This document shows positions 63,992-64,000 of a stretch of DNA of 64,000 nt, piece after piece. The stretch covers positions 66,263-130,262 of IMG/VR virus record IMGVR_UViG_3300047160_007578; one strand, written 5' to 3'. The position numbers and the translations under genes are program-made. The stretch is from a virus. A model generated the notes under the pieces. That model saw only the letters and a list, made by a program, of their open reading frames with translations. It searched no databases and had not been told where the DNA came from. The first letter of the stretch is position 1. Every line of letters begins with the position of its first letter.

Positions 63992-64000
63992 CCTTTCGAT

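Overview
This is a 64-kb segment of a tailed dsDNA phage genome, siphovirus-like, with no terminase or portal inside the window. Bases 1-29.5 kb are a leftward early/replication arm encoding a HAD nucleotidase, PD-(D/E)XK exonuclease, ThyX, 2OG-Fe(II) oxygenase, sigma-70-like factor, DenV-like glycosylase, C39-like peptidase, six zinc-finger paralogs, NYN and VRR-NUC nucleases, a Tad1-like protein, family A DNA polymerase, two ParB-like proteins, HNH-AP2 and an SNF2 helicase. A non-coding divergent control region lies at 29.5-30.5 kb. A short rightward block follows (primase-helicase, DHH phosphoesterase, dNMP kinase), then a leftward virion module (tail tip, tape measure, frameshifted chaperone, two tail tubes, capsid, scaffold, repeat-rich and Gly-rich fibres). 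The most striking signal is non-coding: five dispersed dual-repeat arrays, about 15 units of about 35 nt (minus strand edge repeat GYGTARCCA, ~8-nt spacer, loop repeat GYGAGAACCA, ~8-nt spacer). They have the architecture of TIGR guide-RNA arrays and sit between operon genes, yet no recognisable Nop-domain Tas gene is in the window. Also notable: about 90 copies (manual count) of the palindrome GATYWWWRATC, a cluster of five RNA hairpins upstream of a ParB-like gene, promoter cassettes bracketed by inverted repeats, and an atypical Ala-identity tRNA. All protein assignments come from motif recognition by eye, not database searches.
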